Assembly: GCA_043228905.1 (NCBI GenBank)
Contig: JBHGNT010000541.1
Location: forward strand, 1 to 21,201
From: Azolla caroliniana
Taxonomy: Eukaryota > Plantae > Polypodiophyta
DNA length: 21,201 nucleotides
Direction: 5' to 3'
Shown here one piece after another: positions 9,778 to 21,201 of the stretch; the stretch's first letter is position 1, and the number at the start of each line of letters is the position of its first letter. A program made the translations under genes and the position numbers. The notes beneath the pieces were generated by a model. It saw nothing but the letters and a program-made list of their open reading frames with translations. It was not told where the DNA came from and made no database searches.

Positions 9778-10927
9778 TCAGTTTCCTTTTCTTCACAAAT
9801 TTGGAATTCCCAATGAAGTTTGCAGGTGTTTTCTATTATCCTGAGACCGTTATTTAACACAAAAGACTCTCTTTTGTAACTCTATCTGATGTGAATACAC
9901 ACTTTCACTGAACAGTAGTCACATCTTTATTGGTCTACTCTCCTCTCTCATTAAGTTACTTGCATGGCAATGAGAGGTAGTTAATATTTTGTGTGTGCAT
10001 GTCTGGCCTGACATTGAAAATTCCAGCTAGCGATATAAGTGTATTACATAAAAAGGGGTGTGATGATTTTCTACATCATGTTGTACAATCTTTGATACAA
10101 ATTACAGGTTGACTGCATTGTATTGGACATATGGTTGTGTTTTCATTTTTAATCTGTATATAGATGGAAATCTTTGGTTTGGAATTCTGAATTACGTGGA
10201 ATACATGTATATGCCTTTTTGCTTTAAATTCTTAATAATGATGTAGTGTTTTCATTTAATGGAAGAGACTATGCTAGAAATTGTGGTTATTTGCTTCATC
10301 ATAGTGAATAGCACAGGACATATCTCATTGGCTTGTGTTTTGGGATAAGAATTGGATACTAGTTAATACTCCGATACAACCTTGTAATTGTTTAGACATA
10401 GTTTGTCAACAGATTCTAAAGTTTAAACTACAAATATTCATTCCTGCCAGAAATCGAGTTGATCAAGACATTCTAAAGTTAGAACTGCTAATGTTGAATA
10501 GCGTAAGAAATCCAGTTTAAGTCATGATTCTTTTGATTGTGTATGAACTCTGTTTGGCCTATGTTGATTATAGATGCCAAATCAATCTCATGGAGTTTGC
10601 ATTAGATGTATATTGGTAATGCATCACACCAGCCATTATCTAATAATGAGTGAATATTAGGGTTAGAAATCACGAGTGGAGCATTTTATGAGTTTTTCTT
10701 CTCGTCACAATTTTGTTTGACCTTTATATCTTACTCCTATATTGAATGGTTACAGGTCTATGGTCTTGAGTTTGAGTTGATCATAACGTGTAGCCTTTTT
10801 TGCATAATTGTAAAATAATACATGCTAATTTTCCTCAATTTATTACTAGCCTTTTTCTCTTCGTTTCCTCAAAAAATATAGTTATTGGATTTGATGCCCA
10901 ATATATGGAGTCTAACTCCACCATCAA

Positions 10928-11481
10928 TGTTAGCCGGTCAGGGAAGGCATCAGACAAGTATGAAAACGTCAGAGTCGACAATGTTCGGAAAAGACAGTGT
11001 CGGAGTTGAATCGATGAGTCAACAATTTTGTCAACTAGTGAAAAAGTAATTATGAAAATCAGAGTTAGTTAGAGTTTTATAGTTCTTGCCGATAAGGCAA
11101 GTTGTAATTCTTGACGTATTAGTCCAACGGGTTACCTATAAAAAAAGGAAAAGGAACCCAAGGCATTGTAACACTATCATCTATTTTGGGAAGTTAATAT
11201 AGTTATTAGTTAGTAGGAAAGACCTGTGTGGTGTTGTTTAGAATATTATTTCTATTTCGGATTCTGTTCATTTACATACTAACCATAACTGTTTTATACC
11301 AATTAGTCGGTCACGATACAAGTATATTGTATCGTTAGTCTACATAGGAGTAATTCAACATTCCATTCGTACTCCACAGTTTCTTGATAGAACATTTGGG
11401 GATTGAACGTTCAACACTACTAGTTGTCAGTCATAGGTGTTGATTGTCGACTGATCACCACAGTAATTTTGGCACGCCCGG
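10928..11481 (+). mobile_element. 5' LTR (~10928-11462) and PBS of Gypsy element G
   Basis: TGTTAG start, TATAAA near 11137, ...CACCACA followed by TGGCACGCCCGG (11470-11481), a tRNA-Arg-type PBS as in Tat/Ogre-type non-chromoviruses. Confidence 0.7.
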
Positions 11482-11716
11482 TTACATTTGCCTTCAGCAC
11501 AGAACAAGTCGAATGGATGTCGTCTAGTCCGGATACATCAATTAGACGTAAACGCCCTCGTACACGATCAGTCAAGCAAAGTGTCGAAGAAAATTCTGCT
11601 ACTGATCAACAACACACGGGTCGGAGGTGGTCTTCAATTCCCGACTTAACTGATAATTATTCGGATGATCAACAGTCTGAAGAGGTATCATTTTACGATA
11701 TCTGGGTGAAGACAAT

Positions 11717-12874
11717 ATGCCTTACCCTTACTTGAAATATCAAGACGACGCTGATGTAGAAGCGCATATTAGGGAATTTTTGACAACATGGGAAATAAAC
11801 CATGGAGCTCAGAGACTGTCAGCAGTAGCCGAAGATAAGTCTAAATTTGCTGAGTTTGTCTTATCATTGGATGGCCCGTTAGCAAATTGGTTTACTCAAA
11901 ATGGCCTACGAGCGTTCGATACATTCAAACAGTTAACCTCCAAATTCACCCAATTATTTCATTGATAGATCCCTTAGAAAGATCTGATCGCTCAATTCTA
12001 TGCATCTTATCAGGAACCGCATGAAACAGTGTCAGAATTCGTTATTTGGTTTCAGAATTTGCAACTTCAAATTTCGAAGACAATTCCAGATGAGGAATTG
12101 AAAGATATATTCTTGGAAGCAATCCGTGAACCATTGAGGACAACTCTAGCAGTGTTCGATTTTCAGAATTAGTCAATTGATCAAGTGATTGATAAAGCAC
12201 TCGCTATGGATCGAACTCACAAAAATAAGAAAAGTATAGATATGTCAGCACTATACAATAATTTGCCGAGACTGGAAGAGTTACAATTTCGACAAGTAGT
12301 ACAATGTACAACTTGTCTCAACATTGGGCATTCAACAATCGAATGTAGTTTGGGCACTCATTGCACAATATGTCATTCCAAAGCTCATTCTGTAGAGCAA
12401 TGTGAATACAATTTGCTAAATAAGGCGACAACCTTTGTAAGACAAATTCATCCAGAGGATTCTTACCAGGACGCCTGAAATAGGTTCACCAACCGATCTC
12501 AGGAGGATGATCGGTATGATAACAACTATTATTCAGATCGACGAGACGAGTCTCGACAACAAAATAACAATAATAATCAGAATGATTACATGTGAAATGA
12601 TAGTTATGATTCAAGTTGAGAGGAGGATCGACAAAACGATTATCGAAGGGATGATCGCAATAATCGGGATCAAGATTATTCGCCACCTCGAGAAAATGGT
12701 CACCGGGAACAATATAGAGGGGGTCGTTATTAGGAAAACCGCAAACGTAATAATTGACCACCAAACAAGAAATTTAATAAGCCAAAAGCATCGAGGCAAT
12801 TTCAGCATGATTCCTAGAGAGAAAGCGATGATTTCAACGAAGCTAGTCATCCATAATATGAACATGGTGAGGCC
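11717..12874 (+). pseudogene. Gypsy Gag with two CCHC zinc knuckles (element G)
   Basis: DVEAHIREFL...FVLSLDGPLANWF...Q..HETVSEF; CTTCLNIGHSTIEC and CTICHSKAHSVEQC; R/N/D-rich tail; several in-frame stops; cut by the LTR at 12875. Confidence 0.85.
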
Positions 12875-13311
12875 TGTTGAGAAACAACCTCAACAAAGGT
12901 ATGTGATGCATATTGGTAAGTGAGATATTCTATAGTAGCTATTTGGAAATTAGCTACTAGTGGACATAAAGCTGAAACAACTATTTAGCTATGCACAACT
13001 ATTTAGTTAGTCAAAGCTAATTAGCTACTCACAACTAATTAGCTGCATATGTAAGTCACTTATAACTTAGGTAAAAAGTAAGAGAGTAAGTAGTAGATAC
13101 AGAAAGCGTAGAGAAGAAAAAGAATAGAAAAATAGAAAACTGACGAGAGCGAGTTGAGCTCTGTGTGTAATGAAATAGAAGCATTTGGATTGTTATAGAG
13201 GTAAATCTCTTTCCCCCTTTCTTTCTGTCTTGAGCACACTAACGATCCAGCACATCATGATTCGTTGTGCAAAAAGAAGAGTCGTAGTGCTTTCGTAACA
13301 TGGTATCAGAG
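12875..13311 (+). mobile_element. 5' LTR (12875-13300) and tRNA-iMet PBS of Copia element H
   Basis: TGTT...AACA termini; TGGTATCAGAG at 13301-13311. Confidence 0.9.
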
Positions 13312-13430
13312 TAGAGTTGCTCGTAAAGAGGAACAATACAGATATGAGAAGTTTGTTTTTGGTTGTTGATCTGAATCAGAAAGTTGTCTGTGAAGTTAAA
13401 CGTAGCAAAAGTCCTAATTTGAAAGAGAGA

Positions 13431-14885
13431 ATGACTGCTGAGAATGGAAGCCAAATATCACAGAAAAATTTGACAAAAATAATTTCCCTGCGTGGAAATT
13501 CAGAATGACAAATTTCCTGATGGGAAAAGGATATTGGGATTATATTGAAGGAGACCTAGAAGAGGCTCCAGAGATCCCTGAAGAAAATCCAATTGCTGCA
13601 CAAATTAAAGCATTTAAGGAATGGAATCAAGGGGCAAAGAAAGTATTGCATTGGTTGTCACTTAGCATCTCAAATTCGATGCTTGGACACATACAAGATG
13701 CTCTGCTTCCAAAAGAAGCTTGGGACAGTTTGGTAAATCTATTTGCAATAAACACAAAGGCTAGAAAGCTTCAGTTGAAGACCGAGCTAAATACCTTGGA
13801 AAAAGGTAAGATGTGAGTGAATGAGTATGCTCTGAATATAAAGAGCATATGTGAATCACTTGCTTCCATTAATGTGAAGGTAGAAGATGATGATAAGGTG
13901 GAAATATGCTTAAGAGGCTTAGGACCTCAATATAAAAGCTTTAAAACATCTATTCTCACAAGGGATAGCATCCCAAGTTTTCCAAATCTAGTTTCAATGC
14001 TTGTAGTGGAAGAAAGAAATCAGATGGATGATGTAAACAAAGGAAACTCTGAGACTGAGGGGAAAACCCTCTACAATAGTGCTGGAAGAGGCCGAGGAAG
14101 AGGCCATGGAAGAGTTGGTTCAGCTAGAACCAACAACAATCAAGGAAGAGGACAATAGGCTACAAATGGAAGAAACATCAGAGGTAGGGGGAGCAATTGA
14201 GGTAGAGGTAAGCAAACTTTTTTGAATGATGATGGTTGTTGGTATTGTGGAAAACCAGGCCATACACATGCTGAATGCTATAAAAAGCAAAATGATGAAA
14301 AAAGAGGGAAGAGACAACAAAATAATTATGCTTCAACTAGTGAAGATTGTGACAAAGATGGTGCATTTGTGATGCAACATGAAACAACAGCAATGGCTGA
14401 ATGTTCACAGAGATGTAATGAAGATTTTATGTGGTATGTAGATTTTGGGGCAGTTAATCATATGGCAGGACATGCAAATTGGTTTGAAAGTCTAAGAGAA
14501 CCAGATATTCTTGGTTATGTACAGACATGCGATAACACCACTCATACAATCGAGCATGTTGGAGATATCCCATTGTGGGAAGAAAAAGGAAAAACAAAAT
14601 ATATGTTGAATGTGATGCATGTTGTAAACCTTGCAAAAAATCTAATTTCTGTTGGACAAACAGTAGAGCAAGGAATGCAAGTTAAGATTAAGCAAAGTGG
14701 ATGCTTTATAGAGAAATAGGGAAAGCTTATTGCAAAAGGAAAACGTCAAGGAAGAATGTTTGTGTTAGATGTGGATATGCCAAAAAAGATTACAACCATG
14801 TTTGCAAAAGGAATAAGTGTAATCTCAAATGTGGAAATGTGGCATAAAAGAATCAGTCACATAAGTGTGCAAACCTTGAAAAATA
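13431..14885 (+). pseudogene. Copia Gag-protease-GAG-pre-integrase, truncated (element H)
   Basis: WKFRMTNFLMGKGYWDYI, ARKLQLKTEL, CWYCGKPGHTHAEC, WYVDFGAVNHM, NLISVGQ, WHKRISHI. Frameshifts and stops; ends abruptly at the palindrome array. Confidence 0.93.
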
Positions 14886-15410
14886 TACTACCATACTTTA
14901 ACTAAGTAACTAATTAGCTAAGTGGTAGCTAATTAGCTACTACCATAGTGTAGTACAGTAGCTAATTAGCTACCACTTACATAATTAGCTACTCAGCTAA
15001 ATTATGGTAGTAGCTAATTATCTACCACTTAGCTAATTAGCTACTGTACTAAACTATGGTAGTAGCTAATTAGCTACCACTTAGCTAATTAGCTACTACC
15101 ATAATTTAGCTGAGTAGCTAATTATGTAAGTGGTAGCTAATTAGCTATTGTATTCAACTATGGTAGTAGCTAATTAACTACCACTTAGCTACTTAGTTAC
15201 TCAACTAAACTATGGTAGTAGCTAATTGGCTACCACTTAGCTAATTAGCTACTCAACTAAAGTATGGTAGTAGCTAATTAGCTACCAATTAGCTAATTAA
15301 CTACATGTTAGGTAATTAGCTACTACACTACAACCATAACAACTAAATAGTTTCCACACTTTATACAGCTTACCTAATTAGCAAAGATTGAACTAATTAG
15401 CTACACTATG
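14886..15410. repeat. Array of palindromic TAGCTAATTAGCTA units containing a 135-bp inverted repeat
   Basis: 14886-15020 versus the reverse complement of 15086-15220: 10 mismatches in 135 bp, 65-bp spacer. Confidence 0.95.
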
Positions 15411-15430
15411 GTCACAAGCAGCAATTTTAC

Positions 15431-17290
15431 CTGTGTGTTTTCTCCACTCATCTGGGAGAGCTATACTACAATCCCCCAAACAGAATGCAGCAATGCGACA
15501 GGCATATTGAAAACAAACGATATGGTATGCATGCTGGCATGGTTGTAGGTGAACCAACAGAGTAGCAGATTTGTCCTCTACACGTTATCCACAAGCGATG
15601 CAACGTGCTTGAACAGTCAATATATCGTTTCTTGGTTCTCCTTCATTTGGTAAGGGAGCAAGAATGTTCTGGTCCAATTCTTGTCTGCTCCTTACCATCC
15701 CCTCCGCAAAATGTAGCTGCTTCTTAAGGCAGCTAACTACCTATTCTTGACGGGAGTATTGTTCCTTCAACGCAACCGAGAAATTTACCAATTAATTATT
15801 CATTAATGAGGAAGATACAACAACAAGAAACAAGAATCATTAACTTACTTGTAGCTTGTCCAAATTGTAATCAACGACAATATTTACACCTAGAAGGTCC
15901 AGGTTCATTAAAAGAACCTAGATCTTTGTCTGTAGTTGAATTTTCGGCTAGGGATCCAGCGACCCCTCAATTTCAAGCTCATGTTGAGCAACCTGTTCCA
16001 GATAATGCCTCAGTAGCACATTTTCATGTACAAGTTATTTATAACATATTACATACTGGCAAAACAATAGGTACATGAATCTTATTTTTGATTGTTGTAA
16101 CTGCCAAAGTGACTTTGCTCTCTATCGCAACAACCAATGTTGCTTTCTCTAAATCAGTCTTAAAAAACTCAAATGTCTCATAGGCTTCATGGACATTTTT
16201 TAGCATATCAATGTCTCACCTGTATCATTGACATTGGATTTCATTGTGTGTCGGTGTGGCATATACTTGCGGGTTTGTTGGGAGTAGACAATTGCATCAT
16301 CAACTGCCATGCTCCAAAATCTTGCAATTTTTTGTTGTAAGCTCCCCATCTTCCGACATCTTTCTACCGATGCCTCACCATAAATTGCCCAAGCTACCCT
16401 ATACATTTCAGGGTCATGAGATTACTTCGCTGTTTTGCAATACTCGTATGCAAAAGCTCTAGCAAATGAAACGGACAACTCGTTGTTGAGCGAGATCTCT
16501 TGATGTACTTTCTAATGCAGTCTCATGCAGTAGTCGTACAGGTTTGGCCGTACATGCTTGAGCTTGACCTTGCCTTTCACTCTAGGCACTTTATATACTA
16601 ACATCCAGTCTACATCACTAATCAATCTATCTGTTAGAACAGTAGGGTCAATACCCTCGAACGATAGACCATATATGTTGTGAAAGTCCTCCTTTGGCTC
16701 GCAAAATTTTGTGAAGTTTAGCACTCTACGATAGGGAGGAACGAGCCACCTGAAATAGAAAATCAGTAATTAGAATTAGTGCAAAAACATAATTTTTAAT
16801 GTGAATTTGGTGCAAAATTACAACACTTTGAGATAGTAATCTGAAATTTGTAATTTGTCCTTTTCAACATGTATTAGAAAAATCAACCACTAAAACAATC
16901 AGAAACCCTAATCAGAATTTGTCATGAGAATTGGTGCAAAATTACAAAACATTGCCACAGTAATCAGATATTTGTAACTAGAAACTTGTAATCTGAAATT
17001 TGTAATCAGAAACCCTAAACCACTTAAGGGAAACACAAACCCTGATAATCACTAAAGGCAAAAATCAACCATACTACGAAATTCTATCAATCAGAAACAC
17101 ACTTGCTACTACACCCTGATCTTCGAGACATCCTTGTTTGGGACTCCAATGTCGATCTCGGAGTTTTTGTACTGCTGCGGGAGCTTCGTTTGCGTTCATG
17201 CTCAGAGTACTCCATCTGTTTGGAGTTCGAACTCGAACTCGGGATTATCAAGAATTTGATGACATTCAAGTCGACCTTAGATGATGGCAT
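15431..17290 (-). pseudogene. Spliced pseudogene of unknown family with a C-terminal RING-H2 finger
   Basis: Proposed exons 17290-17103, 16749-16220, 15992-15849, 15784-15431 with compatible phases. CIAC-x17-CQHAYHIVC-x10-CLGDC at 15602-15468. Stops are TAG/TAA/TGA, each explainable by one C>T change. Confidence 0.72.
16760..17060. repeat. Degenerate AT-rich repeats (AATCAGAAACCCTAA, TTGGTGCAAAATTACAA, GTAATCTGAAATTTGTAAT) in the predicted intron 1
   Basis: Each motif is present twice by direct reading. Confidence 0.7.
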
Positions 17291-17422
17291 TATTCCCCAT
17301 GTTCCGCTACGTCAGAAACCAAAGTTCAAATATTTGAGTATTGTCATAAATTAAATGACATGTATTTAACTAATAAAACATAAAATTTCGTAAACCATCC
17401 TTATGATTTTCCCACAAAAAAC

Positions 17423-17482
17423 TAGCTAAACAAATAGCTAATTAGTTGTAGCCATTTTAGTAGCTAATTAGCTACAATAGTG
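17423..17482. repeat. Short second cluster of TAGCTAATTAGCTA motifs (right boundary of the insertion)
   Basis: TAGCTAATTAGTT and TAGTAGCTAATTAGCTAC, ending in TAGTG at 17478-17482. Confidence 0.8.
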
Positions 17483-18493
17483 TTTCCACTTGCATGCTTT
17501 TACCCTAAGGTTTTTCCGAAGTATCTCCGGCAGGCAGCACACGAACTAGCAACTATTCTACAATTCGGAACTTCCTATGAATTGGTTGAATGGTTAGCGC
17601 ACAAAATGCAGGAAGTCTTGGAAAGATTGGCACAAGAGCACAAGGATAGTATTATGATCCAGAAATCACTAATTGGTGTTGTCGAACCGGAGGAACAACA
17701 AGAAATTGACTGCATCGGGCGACAACGGAATGCCAAGACTAGGGGAAAGGCAATTCAAATGTTGTCCTTACACGAAGAACTTGTGGAAGTGCTTAGGGAA
17801 TACGAGAAAGCAAGCAGGGCAGCCAGAGATATGGCAGAAGCCTATAACAATGAAACGGTAGCAATAGAGCAACTAAATGAGCAATGTACAAAAAGGCAAG
17901 CCGAAAAAGAGGAATTGTTGGATAGGCTTCGATAAACAGAAGAAAAATTGAAAAAACCTGAGGACCAACTACAGGCAAGACAGTTACCTGACAGACTTTC
18001 AGAGTCTGATCAGGAATTTCATCAGAAGTTACATGAAGCCGAAAGAAGAATCAGTGCTACAACAACCAGAGTAGAAGAAGCGGAAACCAAAGTTCAAAAA
18101 ATGGCAGACCGAATAAGCTTTAGCTAAGACTGAAATTGGCAAATGGCTGGAAGCGATGGATAATGTGATGAAACGGCTTAAAAACAATTGGCACAACAAC
18201 AGGAGGAAAACAAACAACAGACAGAACAAATATTGGAGGTAGAAGAATATGTTCGCATTCAGGAAAACTATTTTGCAACACAATGGGCCGAAGCTGAACT
18301 TCAAAAGACCACAACACAAGAGGTGCATAACAAAGAAAAACGACAATTGGAATCGGCAAACACTGAATTACAAACACGTTGCACAGAATTAGAGGCTAGG
18401 TACGAAAAGAAAAGATTAGATCTCTTGGTAGCTGAAGAAAAAATCATGCAAGCAGAAGCAGGGACCAATGCACAGATAACAGACTTACAAAAG
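17483..18493 (+). pseudogene. Frameshifted E/Q/K-rich coiled-coil ORF, probably a retrotransposon extra ORF
   Basis: ORF pieces 17480-17935 and 18188-18499 are heptad-like and linked by frameshifted segments; no introns; interrupted by an LTR at 18494. Confidence 0.55.
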
Positions 18494-18918
18494 TGTTGAG
18501 CGAGCAAGTTCAACCGGATCCGAATCGGAGAACCAGATCGGTGTCCGGATGATATCCGGAACCAGGAGCCGGATCAGATTGAAACCGGTATGCCATTAGA
18601 GGACTACGGATCCAGCATAGTATGTAGGCATATTTTTGGGAGTCAGTGACAGTCGCTCATATGAGCATTGAAGTACTTGTCAGTACTTCTGTCAGTCCTT
18701 TATGGACTTGTATAAAATTGCTCTTTGAGCACATTCTATGTACAGAGAGGATTATTATTTTAGAATAGATTTTTATGTTCTTCTCTCTCTCTGTCTCTCC
18801 CGTGTATGCTAAATATTCTCAAGCTTCCATTGAACCTATGTTTTCTATTCTTTATTGCTACCCGGCTAATCCGGTTTTGTCAACCTTCTGCATGCTAACT
18901 TTCACATGGTATCAAAGC
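18494..18918 (+). mobile_element. 5' LTR (18494-18906) and tRNA-iMet PBS of Copia element F
   Basis: TGTTGAG...TTCACA, then TGGTATCAAAGC (18907-18918); CCGGAT-type repeats in U3; TATAAAA near 18711. Confidence 0.9.
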
Positions 18919-18949
18919 ACGAGGGTTGAGAACCTCTACAGCCGACGGT

Positions 18950-21201
18950 ACCACAGCTCGTAAGTTGTAGCTCCGACAACAGCTGAACAACATCCGGCAA
19001 AGAGATATGTCAGTTATGGACTACAACACTAAGATAAAGGAGATTTGTGACGTGCTCGGGTCCATCCATGTGATGGTGGACGAAGAAGAGATGGTCCAGA
19101 TCTGTCTCGGTGGTCTAGCACAATGGTGCGGGCCAATCCGGATGGCAATTTGCACCCAGGAGAAACTATCATCCTTCTTCACCTTACAATCAATGTTGAT
19201 GATCGAAGAAAACCACGCGAGTGGGTCAAGGACCACTCAATCGGACAGTCGGATGCTATACACAAAGGCAGATCGACTCCATGGGGGTGGAGGACGAGGT
19301 GGGTCGGCACACAATGGAGGCGGCCGGCAAGAGCAGAACCGAACCCTCCACAAGCAGGGGGAGTCAAGCCAGTGACGGAAACTGGTAAGGAAAGGCCGAA
19401 ATAGAATGCTGGTACTATGGCAAGAAAGGCCACAGAGAAAGCGAGGGTTGGAAGAAGCACACCGATTCGGATAAATCTAGATCTGGCAAGATCTGACAAG
19501 GAAACTAGCAAAGCTCGCAATACGCTGAAGGATCGGAAGGATCTAGAACCGAGAAGACCGGAAAGGGGCCAACCTTTGTGATGAAGCACATGGCCAACTC
19601 GATGAAGAAGAACACTTCTGGACTGGAGGAAGTGTGGTACGTTGATTCCGGAGCATCTAACCATATGAGGAGCCATTAAGAGTGGTTCTCATTTTTAGAG
19701 AAACCGGAACAACCGGGGATTGTTGAAACCGGAGACGACACCCCTCACTCAATTGTGTAGGTCGGAGAAGTCCCTTTAAGCCATGTCGGACAAAAGGGAA
19801 AGCTGATGGGCGTACATAGTACACATTCCGACTATCACAAAGAACCTGGTATCGGTCGGACAAATAGTCGACCAGGGAATGCAGGTGCTTCATCGAGAAA
19901 GAAGGCCAGATAATCACGCAAGGGCGCAAAGAAGGGATGATGTTCATCCTCAACACAAATGATGTTGGCACCGCCATGTTTGCAAAAGAATAGAAGATTG
20001 AATCGGATATCGATCTCTGGCATAAGCGGGTCGGCCACGTGAACTACCGGAGGCTTCAAGATCTGCAATCGAAACAAGTTGTGTTCGGATTGCCGAAGTT
20101 TAGTGGCCGGAAGGCCCAAATATGTGAAGCCTGCCAACTCAAGAAGCAACACTGGCTTCCATTCCCCACCGAACAAAACTGGAGCCGTAACAAGCTCGAT
20201 CTAATCCATTCAGATGTATGGGGACCGACACAGAACGTTAGTCTTGGCGGGAGTCGGTATTTCGTCTCTTTCATCGATGACTATAGCTGACACACGTGGA
20301 TCTATCTCATCAAGAAGAAAAGAGAAGTCTTTGACTGTTTCCGGAACCTTCAAAGCTTAGTTGAAAGGGAAACGGAGAGGAAGATCAAGTGCCTACGGTT
20401 GGATGGTGGAAAAGAATACTTTTCCGGCCAATTCAACTGTGATCTACAACAGAACGGAATTCGGAGAGAATTTAGTTGCCGATACACACCAGAACAAAAC
20501 GGTGTGGCCGAGAGAAAGAACCGATCGATTGTTGACGCGGCAAGGGCAATGCTAGAGGAGAAGAGCATGCCCAAATTCTATTGGGGAGAAATGGGCTGAG
20601 GCGGTCCGGATGGCCATCTACATCCAAAACCGGATCAGTGACAAGGTGTCAGCACATGAGCTATATTTCGAGCAGAATCCGAATTTGAAACACCTTCGAA
20701 TATTCAGAAGCATAGCATATGTGCATGTACCGGATGAGAAACGGAGAAGCTGGATCCGATGTTGAAGAAGTGCATCCTAGTCGGTTACTCGCATGAGCAG
20801 AAGGGGTATAAGTGTTATAACCCCCAGACTAAACATGTCTGAGTAAGCCGAGATGTCGAGTTTGATGAATCGGCATCATGGTACTCTCTACCGATTCCAA
20901 CTTCTGACTCCGACCCGATTCTTGAAGATGAGGCTAGTGAGCCCAAAGAGCTCCAGGTAGAAGATGAAGACTTCGGTACTCTAGATGAGAGTCTGATCTC
21001 ATTCCTGCAAAGTGGGCCAAACGAGCGGCTAAGTCGGGATGACTAGTCGGATGATGAACCATCGAGTAGTGGAGACTCTGATGTGCTCTCCCCGCGCAAG
21101 CAACCAAGGAGACGATTCATGCGCAAAGAGAAGTGGAAGAAGAAGATGTTGAAATACGATACCAACAGTGAAGGGTTGGATCGGAACGAATTTGACCCCC
21201 G
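18950..21201 (+). pseudogene. Copia Gag-protease-integrase (element F), degenerate, runs off the window
   Basis: TARKL*LRQQLNNI, WYVDSGASNHM, LWHKRVGHVN, CEACQLKKQH, LDLIHSDVWGP, DGGKEY, YTPEQNGVAERKNR, QKGYKCYNP; many stops and frameshifts. Confidence 0.95.

Noticed and set aside
12486-12923. Ile/Met-rich ORFs on both strands
   Set aside because: Alternative frames of the low-complexity R/N/D-rich Gag tail
14886-15410. CRISPR array
   Set aside because: Eukaryotic context, spacers are themselves repeated, and there are no cas genes
16900-17020. Telomeric repeat (AAACCCTAA)
   Set aside because: Only isolated single copies inside a local intronic repeat; no tandem array
17478-17482. CACTA transposon terminus (TAGTG)
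   Set aside because: It resembles the repeat's own CACTATGGT variant. The left boundary (TACTACC) gives no extended TIR or 3-bp TSD, so the superfamily is left unassigned.

Overview
Plant genomic DNA; the TE repertoire suggests a non-seed plant such as a fern (inference only). One intact host gene, an LWD1/AN11-type WD40 protein (CDS 8752-9777, intronless, probable 2.4-kb 5'UTR intron), sits between two nests of decayed transposons. Left nest: a TSD-flanked solo LTR inside a Gypsy integrase, inside a chromovirus, inside a minus-strand Copia remnant, inside a Tnt1/Tork-like Copia. Right nest: a Gypsy with an Arg-type PBS, two related Copia elements, and an unexplained insertion bounded by TAGCTAATTAGCTA palindrome arrays. 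Two things stand out. (1) Two divergent ~400-bp TGTCA...TGACA LTRs, one attached to a chromodomain integrase, both carry an antisense tRNA-like A/B-box module at the same position, and one also has perfect heat-shock elements. (2) The palindrome-bounded insertion hides a spliced minus-strand pseudogene with a complete RING-H2 motif that the ORF track misses.
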